Shown: positions 20,996 through 31,000 of the stretch, piece by piece | Numbering within the stretch: the stretch's first letter is position 1 | How the letters are laid out: every line of letters begins with the position of its first letter | Assembly: GCA_900549625.1 (NCBI GenBank) | Contig: URPE01000002.1 | Location: forward strand, 66,885 to 130,884 | Direction: 5' to 3' | From: an uncultured Mycoplasmatota bacterium | GTDB taxonomy: Bacteria > Bacillota_I > Bacilli_A > RF39 > UBA660 | Length of the DNA: 64,000 bases | The notes under the pieces: model-generated | What the model saw: only the letters and a program-made list of their open reading frames with translations | The model's database searches: none | Told to the model about the DNA's origin: nothing | Program-made: the position numbers and the translations under genes

Positions 20996-22205
20996 ATAAA
21001 TATTTTCTTAAAATATTAATAATTTCATAACTACTACTCTCTAAAGAGTCTCCATGTAAATAATAATCATGTACAGCCTCCGCAATCGTTTCATCAGCAA
21101 TTAAATTACCATTTTCATCTTTTGCATCAGCATATTTTGAAATTGTTAAAGCAAACGAATCAAAATCTAAGTTCGTACCATATTTTTCATTAAAATTAGT
21201 AAGAGCCTCAGTAAGAATCTCTAAAGAAAAACTACCATTATTAAATCGTTCTAAAACATCTTCTATCTTTTTTTCATTATCTTTATTAACAAAAGTAATA
21301 TTTAAAAGTTCGTTTTGCTTTAATAACGCAACAAAAGAAATATAATGACCCAACTCATGTGCAACCGTGCTAGACCAATTAGCATCTTTAACATACCAGC
21401 CATCCCCCACAAAATCAGAAACAGGATTTTGCATAATATCAGCATTTAAAAAATAATAACTATTTAATAAAATTTGGGTCTTGTTTACCTTGTTATACTT
21501 GCTTGTATCCATATTAGCATTTGCAAATTGAAAACTAGGTTGAAAACGTGCAATATACTCTCTATTAGTCTCAGCATTAGTAATAGAGATATTTGTTAAA
21601 GCCCCAGATATATTTGGAAATAGCATATATATTCTTTTAACAACGCTAAGTATATCTTCAGCTACCATGTCTGTTGCGTCGCAAAAACTTACAACAGGTA
21701 TCGACCCAATATTTTGTATCTCACTTTCATATTGAAAGGTATCTGCACGATGACTGCATTTAAAGTTTTGACTATTTAAATCCTTTGTTATTAATGAAAT
21801 GGCTTCCTCATAATTATCTACCTGAACCTTTTGATAAACATTATCTGTCTTTATAATTGAGGTATTATATCCATAAACATAACTAATTACTCTTCTTTTT
21901 AAATAAAATAATGGTTTATACAAATCAGCACCTCTAAAAGAACTAAATATTACAAAAGAAAAAAGAGACACTATAAAAACACAAAGCATTAACGAAAAAT
22001 TATTCTCTCTTTTAATTGCTTCACCTTTTAATATTTCTAAAACATTTTCTTCTTTTTGTATAAACGAAAAGCCTCTTGCAGTCCAATGTCCACATTTATA
22101 GCAAAAATTATCATCATTTTCAATTTCCGTAGCATCACAAGATTGATTTAAACACTTCACATCCACCACCCTACTATCTGCCAAAATTATAACATAAATT
22201 CTCAA
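20985..22205 (-). CDS. zinc-ribbon, single-TM protein with extracytoplasmic HExxH (HELGH) metallopeptidase-like domain
   Basis: CxxxC..CYKCGHW ribbon, TM, VAHELGHY motif. Confidence 0.4.
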   Translation of the reverse strand: MRIYVIILADSRVVDVKCLNQSCDATEIENDDNFCYKCGHWTARGFSFIQKEENVLEILKGEAIKRENNFSLMLCVFIVSLFSFVIFSSFRGADLYKPLFYLKRRVISYVYGYNTSIIKTDNVYQKVQVDNYEEAISLITKDLNSQNFKCSHRADTFQYESEIQNIGSIPVVSFCDATDMVAEDILSVVKRIYMLFPNISGALTNISITNAETNREYIARFQPSFQFANANMDTSKYNKVNKTQILLNSYYFLNADIMQNPVSDFVGDGWYVKDANWSSTVAHELGHYISFVALLKQNELLNITFVNKDNEKKIEDVLERFNNGSFSLEILTEALTNFNEKYGTNLDFDSFALTISKYADAKDENGNLIADETIAEAVHDYYLHGDSLESSSYEIINILRKYLYGE

Positions 22206-22288
22206 AAAAGGGTACTATGTCATAAATTTCAAACGATAAATTAATGGGAAAATTATAATATCAACAATATTGTAAGAAGGTTAGAACT

Positions 22289-22519
22289 ATGGATAATGAT
22301 AATTTATATTATTTAGTATTTCAAAACATAAAAAAACAACGCAAACTAAAAGGGTGGACACAGGTAAAACTAGCAATGAAAAGTAACATAAGTATTGATT
22401 ACTTGAAGAAAATTGAAACCAAAAGCGGTTGCACTAAACAGTTTTCATTAGACACCGTTGGCAAAACAGCCAAAGGCTTAGAAATAGATGTGAAAGATTT
22501 ATTTGATAAATTAGACTAA
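22289..22519 (+). CDS. XRE-family HTH regulator
   Basis: LKGWTQVKLAMKSNISIDYLKKIE HTH segment; divergent from 20985..22205. Confidence 0.55.
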   Translation: MDNDNLYYLVFQNIKKQRKLKGWTQVKLAMKSNISIDYLKKIETKSGCTKQFSLDTVGKTAKGLEIDVKDLFDKLD

Positions 22520-22541
22520 AAAAAGAGGGTTTGCCACCTCT
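22517..22541 (-). terminator. Rho-independent terminator for gene 22541..23374 (also abuts XRE stop)
   Basis: AGAGG..CCTCT hairpin with A-run on plus, i.e. T-run on minus. Confidence 0.5.
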
Positions 22542-23374
22542 TAAATCATAATAACAACGCCATCTAAATTACAAATATAACAGTTAGGCAATAACTTTTT
22601 TATTTTCTTTAAAATGTCAATATTACTTTCATACTCTCTCCCAACTAATATTCCTTCAATCAAGTTAGATGGCACACCAAAAAGAATTGCACTTTCTCGG
22701 TCTGTAAAAAAATCATCTTTATTTCTTCTATCTTTAATAAATTTTTCATAATAATCTGGATTAACAAATTCTTTAACCTCTTCATCACTTATATTATTTG
22801 ATAAAATATCACCCTTAAGTAATCTTTTTATTGCATCATTATTGCTATTAAAGATAATTCCAATTTGAACTTTACTTTGAACTAAACTTGGTAAAAACCT
22901 TGCCTCTTTAGTTTGCTCCATACGCCACCGAAAACAAAGATTTGTATCTATCGTACTCATAATGTTTTTCATTTCATTATATGGAATTACAGAAGTTTTT
23001 ATTTTTTCACCATTCATTTTTTTATATTCAATCGTGCCCCCACTATAAAAATTAACATAATCTTTCAAATAATAATCTTTCTGTAAATTCCATACTCCGA
23101 CACATGATGGATATTTAGAAATCTTATCATTAATAAACAAACTAGCAATCAATCCATTTTGACAAATTTCTCTTAATCCATCAATATTTTTATAAGTGCC
23201 ATGTAAAAGTGTCCCTTTTTTTAAATACACTAGGTCCCCAACATTATAAGTATGATGTTTTAATAAGATGTTTTTTACGTCAAAAAAATTATCAATTTGT
23301 TTTATCATAATCTCTTTTGTTTTAAAATTACTAATCTTATCATTAACTAGATTAATATATTCTTCTTTCTCCAT
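22541..23374 (-). CDS. hypothetical protein (277 aa), cotranscribed downstream of tatD
   Basis: ORF 9 nt downstream of tatD; no motif recognised. Confidence 0.4.
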   Translation of the reverse strand: MEKEEYINLVNDKISNFKTKEIMIKQIDNFFDVKNILLKHHTYNVGDLVYLKKGTLLHGTYKNIDGLREICQNGLIASLFINDKISKYPSCVGVWNLQKDYYLKDYVNFYSGGTIEYKKMNGEKIKTSVIPYNEMKNIMSTIDTNLCFRWRMEQTKEARFLPSLVQSKVQIGIIFNSNNDAIKRLLKGDILSNNISDEEVKEFVNPDYYEKFIKDRRNKDDFFTDRESAILFGVPSNLIEGILVGREYESNIDILKKIKKLLPNCYICNLDGVVIMI

Positions 23375-23383
23375 AAATCTTCC

Positions 23384-24139
23384 TCACTTAATTTTCTTAT
23401 AAACATCTCTAACATTTTTCTCTGTTAAGGAAGATAAAGTATTAATATCTAGCCCAACATAATCACTAATAAAACTAGCAATTAAAGGAATATAACTAGG
23501 ACTATTCTTAGTACCCCTATAAGGATGCGGCGTTAAATATGGTGCATCAGTTTCTAAAACAATAATATCTAACATCTCTTCTAAAATCTCTTTTAAATGA
23601 CTATTTTTAAAAGTTACAACTCCATTAATACCTAATTTGTAACCCATTTTTTTATAAATTCTAGCTATTTCAATACTCCCTGAAAAAGAATGAATAACTC
23701 CTTTAACAGTCGGATATCTCTTTAAAATATTAATCGTGTCTTCAGTGGCTTCTCTTGAATGAATTACAACCGGTAAATTATATTTTTTAGCCAGTTCTAA
23801 TTGCTTAATAAACAATTCTTTTTGAGCATCTTTATTTAAAGTATCATAGTGATAATCAAGTCCAATCTCACCAATGCCCACTATTTTCTCATCTTTTAAA
23901 TGTCTTTCAATGTCTAAAATATCTTCTAAAGTATAAGTAAGCACATATTCTGGGTGTATACCTATTACCCCATACATAAATTTATACTTACTTACTTTTT
24001 CTATAACCTCTTTATTAGATAAACCATCACAACCAGCATTAATAAAAGAATGTACTCCCTTATTTATAGAATCATTAATTATCTCACCAAGAGACTCATA
24101 ATACTCATCATATAAATGACAATGTGTATCAGTAAACAT
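23384..24139 (-). CDS. tatD: TatD-family metal-dependent hydrolase/DNase (YabD)
   Basis: N-terminal DTHCHL, 251 aa, conserved His/Asp/Glu ligand positions. Confidence 0.85.
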   Translation of the reverse strand: MFTDTHCHLYDEYYESLGEIINDSINKGVHSFINAGCDGLSNKEVIEKVSKYKFMYGVIGIHPEYVLTYTLEDILDIERHLKDEKIVGIGEIGLDYHYDTLNKDAQKELFIKQLELAKKYNLPVVIHSREATEDTINILKRYPTVKGVIHSFSGSIEIARIYKKMGYKLGINGVVTFKNSHLKEILEEMLDIIVLETDAPYLTPHPYRGTKNSPSYIPLIASFISDYVGLDINTLSSLTEKNVRDVYKKIK

Positions 24140-24141
24140 AA

Positions 24142-26052
24142 CTATAAAGTCTCCAAAGAATCAATATTTCCTTGAAAGAAAGAAGTTCTATTTCTCTCTT
24201 CATTAGAATTACTATTAGTTATAGGTGCCTGCTCTATTGTAGCACTAGCCCCACCCATAATATCACTAGATATCTCTTCATTTAAATTAGTATTACTTTC
24301 CCAATAACTTGAAACATCACAACTAGATGAATATGGCCTTGGATTAGGCATTTCCATTTTAATAATCATTGGAATTTTAAAAGCACTACCAAAAGAAACA
24401 CAAGTACCAGGTTGTAAAATTTTCATTTTTTCAATAACATCTTGACTAATATTAGGAAGCATCTCCTCGATATATTTTATATCCTTAGGGTGTGTCATTT
24501 TAAAAATCAAGAAATTAGAACATTGTGAAACAACTGTATCACTTATTTCCATTGGTCTTTGACTAATTATTCCTAAAATAACCCCATACTTTCTTCCTTC
24601 TTTAGCAATACGTTCAAATATATTATAACCAAGTAAATAAACATCTATATCTTTTTGAATATAACGATGGGCTTCCTCTAAAAACAAATGAAAAGGAATT
24701 GTTGCCCTATTAGCGTTCTCTTTAGAAAAATCAAAAATAAGTCTTGTATATATTTTTACAATTGCCTTAGATATATTATCATCAAGTCCTTCTAAGTTTA
24801 TATTAATTATCTGGGCTTTCTTATTATTTTTACTAACTAATTTAGTAACAAACTCTCCCATCGTAACAGCTTTATCAGAAGAAAATAACTTACCAACTGG
24901 TCCATGAATAATTGAATAAAGTCTTACCTTTAATAACTGAGCATCATCCATCAAATTACGGTTATTTTGAAACCCTTCACTTATTAAAGTAAATTCTAAA
25001 GCCCGAGAAAAATCCATTAAAGAATAAGCAACGTCTCCCATACTTTCATCAATTTCTAATGTCTCATCTATATATTTAAGAATATATTCAGTAATTAAAA
25101 CCTCTTCCCCAAACTTTCCTCTAGAGTCTATTTGGAAACATTCTGAGAAAGTTCTTGTATAACCAACGCCAGGTATCTTGGTATCTAAATTAAATTCTTT
25201 TGTATGACAAGTATGAATAATACTAAAAATATCATCTTTTTTCTTATCAGTTGTTTCACTACTATATAAAACAGTTATTAAAGCACTAGCAATAATATGA
25301 TTTTTATAACGATTAGATTCAGGTGTATCTAAAGAAAACATTTTAGCAAGCTTCATAGCTCGTTCTAATATTGTTAACTGTGAATGCTTATCTGCTTGTA
25401 AAAGAATAGCCATATCATCTACTTTAAGTAAATTCATCGGAATATTAATCATTTCATCATCATTATCTTTAATTCTTGACGTTACAAATTTATATTGATA
25501 ATAAGGACTAATATTAGAAATGCTTTTAAAGGCATTTTTATATTCCCCAAAAGAATCAAAGAAAAGCATATTTGCATTATATGAAACAGCAAATTTATTA
25601 CTTAATAAGTTTTGTACTACTCTTGCTACACCACATGATTTACCAGAACCAGTATTACCAAATATACATAAATGATTAGCAAGCATTTCATTAATCGAAG
25701 GACAAATATAAGAATCTTTATATGTTGCACTTTTACCCATTACAAAGTTTTTCTTAGATTGAACACCCATTAACTCTGTTCTTTCTTCTTCATTAATTGT
25801 TCTTATATTACTATTTAAACTAGCTTTTTTTAAAACACCATTGTAATAATGGCCATCAATAAATTCCCCTAAAAATTTAACCCTTATTTCATCTGATTTA
25901 ACTTCAGTGATTTCACTAAGAACTTTATGATCTCCATTTTCAAATATTAAATGTAAGTTAAGTAAATCAGCACTTACATCATCAGTCATCTTATTTTCAA
26001 TATACCCAATATTATCACTTAAATATAATATTTTTCCAAACATAGCAAGCAT
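24142..26052 (-). CDS. HerA/DUF87-family ATPase (FtsK-HerA superfamily)
   Basis: Walker A IFGNTGSGKS, Walker B LFLEEAHRY, C-terminal GRKYGVILGIISQRP HerA-type motif; stop codon 2 nt from tatD start. Confidence 0.6.
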   Translation of the reverse strand: MLAMFGKILYLSDNIGYIENKMTDDVSADLLNLHLIFENGDHKVLSEITEVKSDEIRVKFLGEFIDGHYYNGVLKKASLNSNIRTINEEERTELMGVQSKKNFVMGKSATYKDSYICPSINEMLANHLCIFGNTGSGKSCGVARVVQNLLSNKFAVSYNANMLFFDSFGEYKNAFKSISNISPYYQYKFVTSRIKDNDDEMINIPMNLLKVDDMAILLQADKHSQLTILERAMKLAKMFSLDTPESNRYKNHIIASALITVLYSSETTDKKKDDIFSIIHTCHTKEFNLDTKIPGVGYTRTFSECFQIDSRGKFGEEVLITEYILKYIDETLEIDESMGDVAYSLMDFSRALEFTLISEGFQNNRNLMDDAQLLKVRLYSIIHGPVGKLFSSDKAVTMGEFVTKLVSKNNKKAQIININLEGLDDNISKAIVKIYTRLIFDFSKENANRATIPFHLFLEEAHRYIQKDIDVYLLGYNIFERIAKEGRKYGVILGIISQRPMEISDTVVSQCSNFLIFKMTHPKDIKYIEEMLPNISQDVIEKMKILQPGTCVSFGSAFKIPMIIKMEMPNPRPYSSSCDVSSYWESNTNLNEEISSDIMGGASATIEQAPITNSNSNEERNRTSFFQGNIDSLETL

Positions 26053-26143
26053 CTCCTATCTTTAATAAACTAATTTTATCATAGAAAAAGAAAAAATTAA
26101 ATGCTGTACACTTAATTTTTAAAAGTAGACAAAACTTTATTTA

Positions 26144-26593
26144 TTAGCTTAAACTTTTACTAATACTAGCTTCTTTTTTGCCAATTTCTTTCTTTTTCTT
26201 ATCAATTTTATCTTGAACTGATTGATTAATTACTCTTTCACGATGCGTATGGGACACTCCATTACTATCCGTTGTAGTGTATTTTTTTATCTTCCATTTT
26301 TTCTTTTCCAAATCATTAATATCTTTTTCTAAATCTTGAATATCACTAATTTGTTTTGAAATAGAAGAAACTAATTTTAAATTATCTCTTAAAACTGCCA
26401 CAGATCCATTTAAAGATGTAGAACTCATAACATTATCAAATGAAGAAAAAACGTTCGTTTTAGCAGAAGATTCCATTGTTGGCGGTAATAATGACTGCTT
26501 CAAAGATTTTAAATCATAGCTATCAAGTTCGCTTAAAGCATCGCTAACAGCATTACTTAAAGACTTAATAGAAATTTTAGAATATATACTCAT
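26144..26593 (-). CDS. coiled-coil hypothetical protein in T7SS locus
   Basis: ORF, helical/charged. Confidence 0.35.
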   Translation of the reverse strand: MSIYSKISIKSLSNAVSDALSELDSYDLKSLKQSLLPPTMESSAKTNVFSSFDNVMSSTSLNGSVAVLRDNLKLVSSISKQISDIQDLEKDINDLEKKKWKIKKYTTTDSNGVSHTHRERVINQSVQDKIDKKKKEIGKKEASISKSLS

Positions 26594-26601
26594 TTTATCA
26601 C

Positions 26602-26892
26602 CTAAAACTTAAAGGCATTATTTAAGCCTTGTTCCAATGAAGAATAATTTTCAATAACTGTTTCCAAATAAGAATTAATATTTAAAATCAAGTTCCCTAT
26701 AATTTCATCATTCTTTTTCACCATATTAAATTTTTGATTAAAATAATCTCTAGTAACAGAATCCCAATTAGAAAGCTGCATTAGTAAATCTCCATCATCT
26801 TCAATTTCCATTAAAGTTTTTGTTATTTTTGAAAAAATTTTATTTAATTGAGTTGATTTATCTAAAAGTTCTTTATAATCACAAGAAATCAT
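26602..26892 (-). CDS. small alpha-helical T7SS-associated protein (96 aa, possible WXG100-like/EsxB-like)
   Basis: size and helical character; central NWDSV instead of WxG. Confidence 0.3.
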   Translation of the reverse strand: MISCDYKELLDKSTQLNKIFSKITKTLMEIEDDGDLLMQLSNWDSVTRDYFNQKFNMVKKNDEIIGNLILNINSYLETVIENYSSLEQGLNNAFKF

Positions 26893-26900
26893 TTAATCAC

Positions 26901-27194
26901 CTACTTTAGTTCAATATTTTTATTTTCAAATGTTAAATCTATTGCTTTATGAGCCTCTATATAACCAGCCAAAAAAGACTGATAAGTTTCTAACTGTTCA
27001 ACATAATTATTAAGTTCCTTAGCAAAATCATTCATTTTGGAAGAAAAATTATTATATTCTTCACCATTCCAAATCGAACTAATGTCATCTACAAGTTTAT
27101 TCATATCATCTATAAAGTCTTTAAAATCGGTTATACTATCATTTATTTTTTTTACATTACTTTCAAATACACTTTTATTGACTTTAACTATCAT
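26901..27194 (-). CDS. esxA: WXG100-family secreted protein (EsxA-like)
   Basis: 97 aa, central SIWNGEEY W-x-G motif, helical hairpin architecture. Confidence 0.6.
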   Translation of the reverse strand: MIVKVNKSVFESNVKKINDSITDFKDFIDDMNKLVDDISSIWNGEEYNNFSSKMNDFAKELNNYVEQLETYQSFLAGYIEAHKAIDLTFENKNIELK

Positions 27195-27266
27195 ACACAG
27201 TACCCCTTTTATAGGTAAATTTTAATAACTTAAAACTTACCTATAAAAGTCACCTAAGTGACTATA

Positions 27267-27923
27267 TTATATTGAATCAGCAGCTTGTGCATTTTCACCA
27301 GCTGTTTCAATATTTTTTATACATGTATCTAATGAATCAAAAATCTCTGGCATATTGCTATTTAAAACATCTAAAAGTGAATCTTTAGCGTTTTCTGAAG
27401 CATCACCATCCCAAATATTAGAACCACTATTTAATTCTGAAATTTTTCTTTTTAAACCTTCATTAACATTTTCAAGAGAAACTCTAATATTTTTTAAAAC
27501 AGACCCAATACTAATAATAGTTGCATAATTATATCTTACATAACTTTTATTAATATTTTCTTCAGATAATGCTGAAAGTTGGTTATAAGATAATGTACCA
27601 AATGTTGAACTAACATTAGTATCCTGACCTAAGTTAGCAATCTCTAAATCTGCTACACTTTTATTTACTTTATTCATAGCTTCTTGGAACGTATCTCCAA
27701 AAGTATTAGTAAATTTAATAAGAGCATTATGAGTTGTCATAAAATCTTGATAATTTTTAGAAGCAGCTGACCCAGTCCAAACATCAGGTTGAACTAATTT
27801 TTCCATTTGTTCATTAAATTTTTTTGAACAAACAAATACACTATCTCCTTCACCATTTAAATAATCTACGACCTCATTTGACCATTTTTTAGCCAATTCT
27901 GGATCATATTGAAATACTGCCAT
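27267..27923 (-). CDS. WXG-motif T7SS-associated protein (218 aa)
   Basis: DVWTGSAAS W-x-G motif in helical N-terminal region. Confidence 0.4.
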   Translation of the reverse strand: MAVFQYDPELAKKWSNEVVDYLNGEGDSVFVCSKKFNEQMEKLVQPDVWTGSAASKNYQDFMTTHNALIKFTNTFGDTFQEAMNKVNKSVADLEIANLGQDTNVSSTFGTLSYNQLSALSEENINKSYVRYNYATIISIGSVLKNIRVSLENVNEGLKRKISELNSGSNIWDGDASENAKDSLLDVLNSNMPEIFDSLDTCIKNIETAGENAQAADSI

Positions 27924-28057
27924 GTTATCCCTCCTCTAAACACATACATGTCGTACTCTAAAAAAAGAATAACATTTATCTAATAGAAACTCAATAAACA
28001 ATCATAAAATAACGTAAAACCAATGTAAAAGGCAGATAAATATCTGCCAATTATAAA

Positions 28058-31000
28058 TCAATGTTGTTCAAAAGAAGATAATAATTTTATTTTAACAAGT
28101 TTGGAATTATTAATTATAAACCCAAAGTCAATCGGTATTTCTTCACGATCTTCTCTAGTTATTTTAGCTACTTTAAACAAATTTTGTTCATCTATACCAC
28201 TGCCGACAAAAATGCCTTTTGACGTATCTGCACCAACTTTAAACCATTCATCATAGGCAAATGTTTTTATTACATCAGGATTGTCAACAATAACAAAAGA
28301 TACTAAATTCATTTGATTATTTTTTTGTAAAGTACCACTAAATTTCTTTTTTAACTCATCAGACAATTTATTCATAAAATCATTTATTCCACAAATAAAT
28401 ACACAAAGTTTTTTATGTTCAAGTAAACTAGCATCATTGAATCCATTACCTTGATAAATATCGTAAACCTTATCAACATAATCAGCTACTTTATTTATAA
28501 TTGAATCATAATTATTATTGTAAATTTTTTTCTCAATATCTACTATATCAAACTTTATATCATTACCGTTTAATATTAAAACATCATAAACATTTACATA
28601 TAAAATTTCCTTAATTAACGCCTGTAAGAAACCAGTAATTTTCTCTATTTCATAACTACTAATAAGTGAAATACTAGATTTTCCAAAATTATATTTTTCA
28701 GTTTCTAAAGTATTTTTATTTAAACCAATAGCCATACTAGTATCACGAGATATATTTTTAATTACATCATCAAAAGAAACACTATCAGGCAAAGATGGTA
28801 TAGGTAAAGCCTTATCTATATAAGTTTCACTTAATTCATTACCAAGATTTTTAATAAATTCCGAAAAATTATTTTTGTCTGTTGAATATGCGGTTTGAAA
28901 TTCATACACATTTTCTTTTTTAAATAAGCCACGGCCTTTAATCTTAGCCGGTGTTTTCCCTCTTATATTACCAAAAATATTAGCATAATCAGAATCATTA
29001 TTTTGTTGTAAAGCATATGTAAGTGAAATGTTTTGTTTAATTTTAACTCTAACACTTGTTTCACTACTAGCACTAATCACAAAATATATTCCATAACGAT
29101 AACTTTCTCTTAAAATAGAAGCAAGTTGTTCATTTAAATCTTCAAAATTTTCCAGAAATGATTCATAGTTATTAATAATTACAACAACTGCCGGAACATT
29201 TTCTCCGGAATTTTGATTATAGCCTTCATATGTACCTCCAAAAGAAGAAAATAACTTTTTACGTTCAACTAACAACTCATTAACCATTTTAAAGAGATTT
29301 ATAATTTTATCAGTATCATTTAAATATGCCACATCACCAACATGAGGAACATTTTTAAAAACACCCAATGTCTCAGAACCAAAATCTAAAATATAATAAT
29401 TAATTTCTAAAGGCGAATAACTCGTTATACCAGAGTAGATCATCGTGCTTATAAAAGTATCTTTGCCAGAGCCAGTTGTACCATAAAGAATAGCATTACC
29501 ATACTTTGTAAGTGGTATTGTTAACAAATATTGATTTTGTGTATTTGGATCATCATACTCGCCAATAACTAAATTAATATCAAAATCCTTCTTAAGATAA
29601 TTATATTTACTCTTTAAAGCATCAACATATATTTTATCTGGTATCTTATCTAGCCACAATTTATGTATTTTTATATTTTCAGATATGGCTAAATCACTTA
29701 AATATTTTACAATATTAGTTAGTTCTTCTCCTTGAGATTCAATTTTATAACTTTTAGTATTATCTTTGGACATTGTAACAAAACCAATATTATTAATTGC
29801 ATTAACTGAATTATCAGTTTGTTTTTTAAAAGTCACACTTGGATAATACTGTCCTCCAGCCCAAGCAGATTGTCCTAACGTAAATATTTCATCATAACCA
29901 ACTTGCAAGTAGAATCTACCTGTTTTTTTCAAAAATGCAGCATCAGGTTTCTTCAATACCTCCTGTGAATCTCCAGTATCTTGAACTTTCAAGCAAACTC
30001 TAAATCTAGTATTGGACCATATTTGTTGATCAACAACTCCACCAGGTTTTTGGGTAGCCAAAATTAAATGAATTCCTAAACTACGACCTACACGTGCCAC
30101 ACTTATAAGTTTATCCATAAAGTCAGGTTGTTGCTCCTTTAATTCTGCAAATTCATCGCTAATAATAAACAAATGTGAAATTGGCTCCTTACCAACTAAC
30201 CTTCCTTCTTTCCAAAGTTTTTGATATTTATAAATGTCCATTGTACTTTCATTCGTAACAACTTTTGCATCATTAAATTCTTTTTGTCTTCTCTTTACCT
30301 CACTTTCAATTGAAGCAAGTGATCTATTAAGTTCATTTCCATCTAAATTAGTGATTGTTCCCGCTAAATGTGGAAGAACATATTTATCATTTTTAAAAGC
30401 ACCGGCTAAACTACCACCTTTATAATCTATCAAAATAATTTGTACATCATAAGGACTATAATTAATTGCTAAAGATAAAACAAAAGTTATAATAAATTCT
30501 GATTTACCAGAACCAGTAGTTCCAGCAATCAAACCATGTGGTCCATGATAACGCTCATGTAAATCAAGACTAATTATTTCACCACTTTTTCCAATACCAA
30601 CTGGTGCTTGTAAGGAAAGAACAGGGTTACTCTTCTTCCATCTATCAAAAGAATTCAAATGTTCAACCTTACCTACTTGATACATTTCTAAATAATGATA
30701 AACGTCTGGCAAACTAGTTTGAGCATCATTCTTTAGTTCAATCTCAATATTTGCCAGTTCAACTGCGCAATTATATAGTTCTTCAACTGAAGATTCATCA
30801 ATAACAAACTGTTGATTACTCAAGTTAATAACACTATTAAAAATATAACAACCACTTTTATTCAAATTAATAAAATTTTTGCATTCATTTGGACAAGCAG
30901 AAACTCTATCCACAAGCATGACCATACTAAAACCAATATTTTCTCCATTACTCAAAACATTTTTGATTAGGTCATAGTTATCAACTGATTTTATTGCATC

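Noticed and set aside
23384-24139. tatD as a dedicated nuclease effector of a HerA defence system
   Set aside because: Not adopted as the primary call. This tatD is a canonical 251-aa YabD-type protein sitting at its ancestral position relative to metG and ksgA, so the adjacency may be a by-product of island insertion. It is kept as a finding to test.
27037-27225. 62-aa plus-strand ORF antisense to esxA
   Set aside because: Antisense to a WXG100 gene with a clear W-x-G motif; no support.
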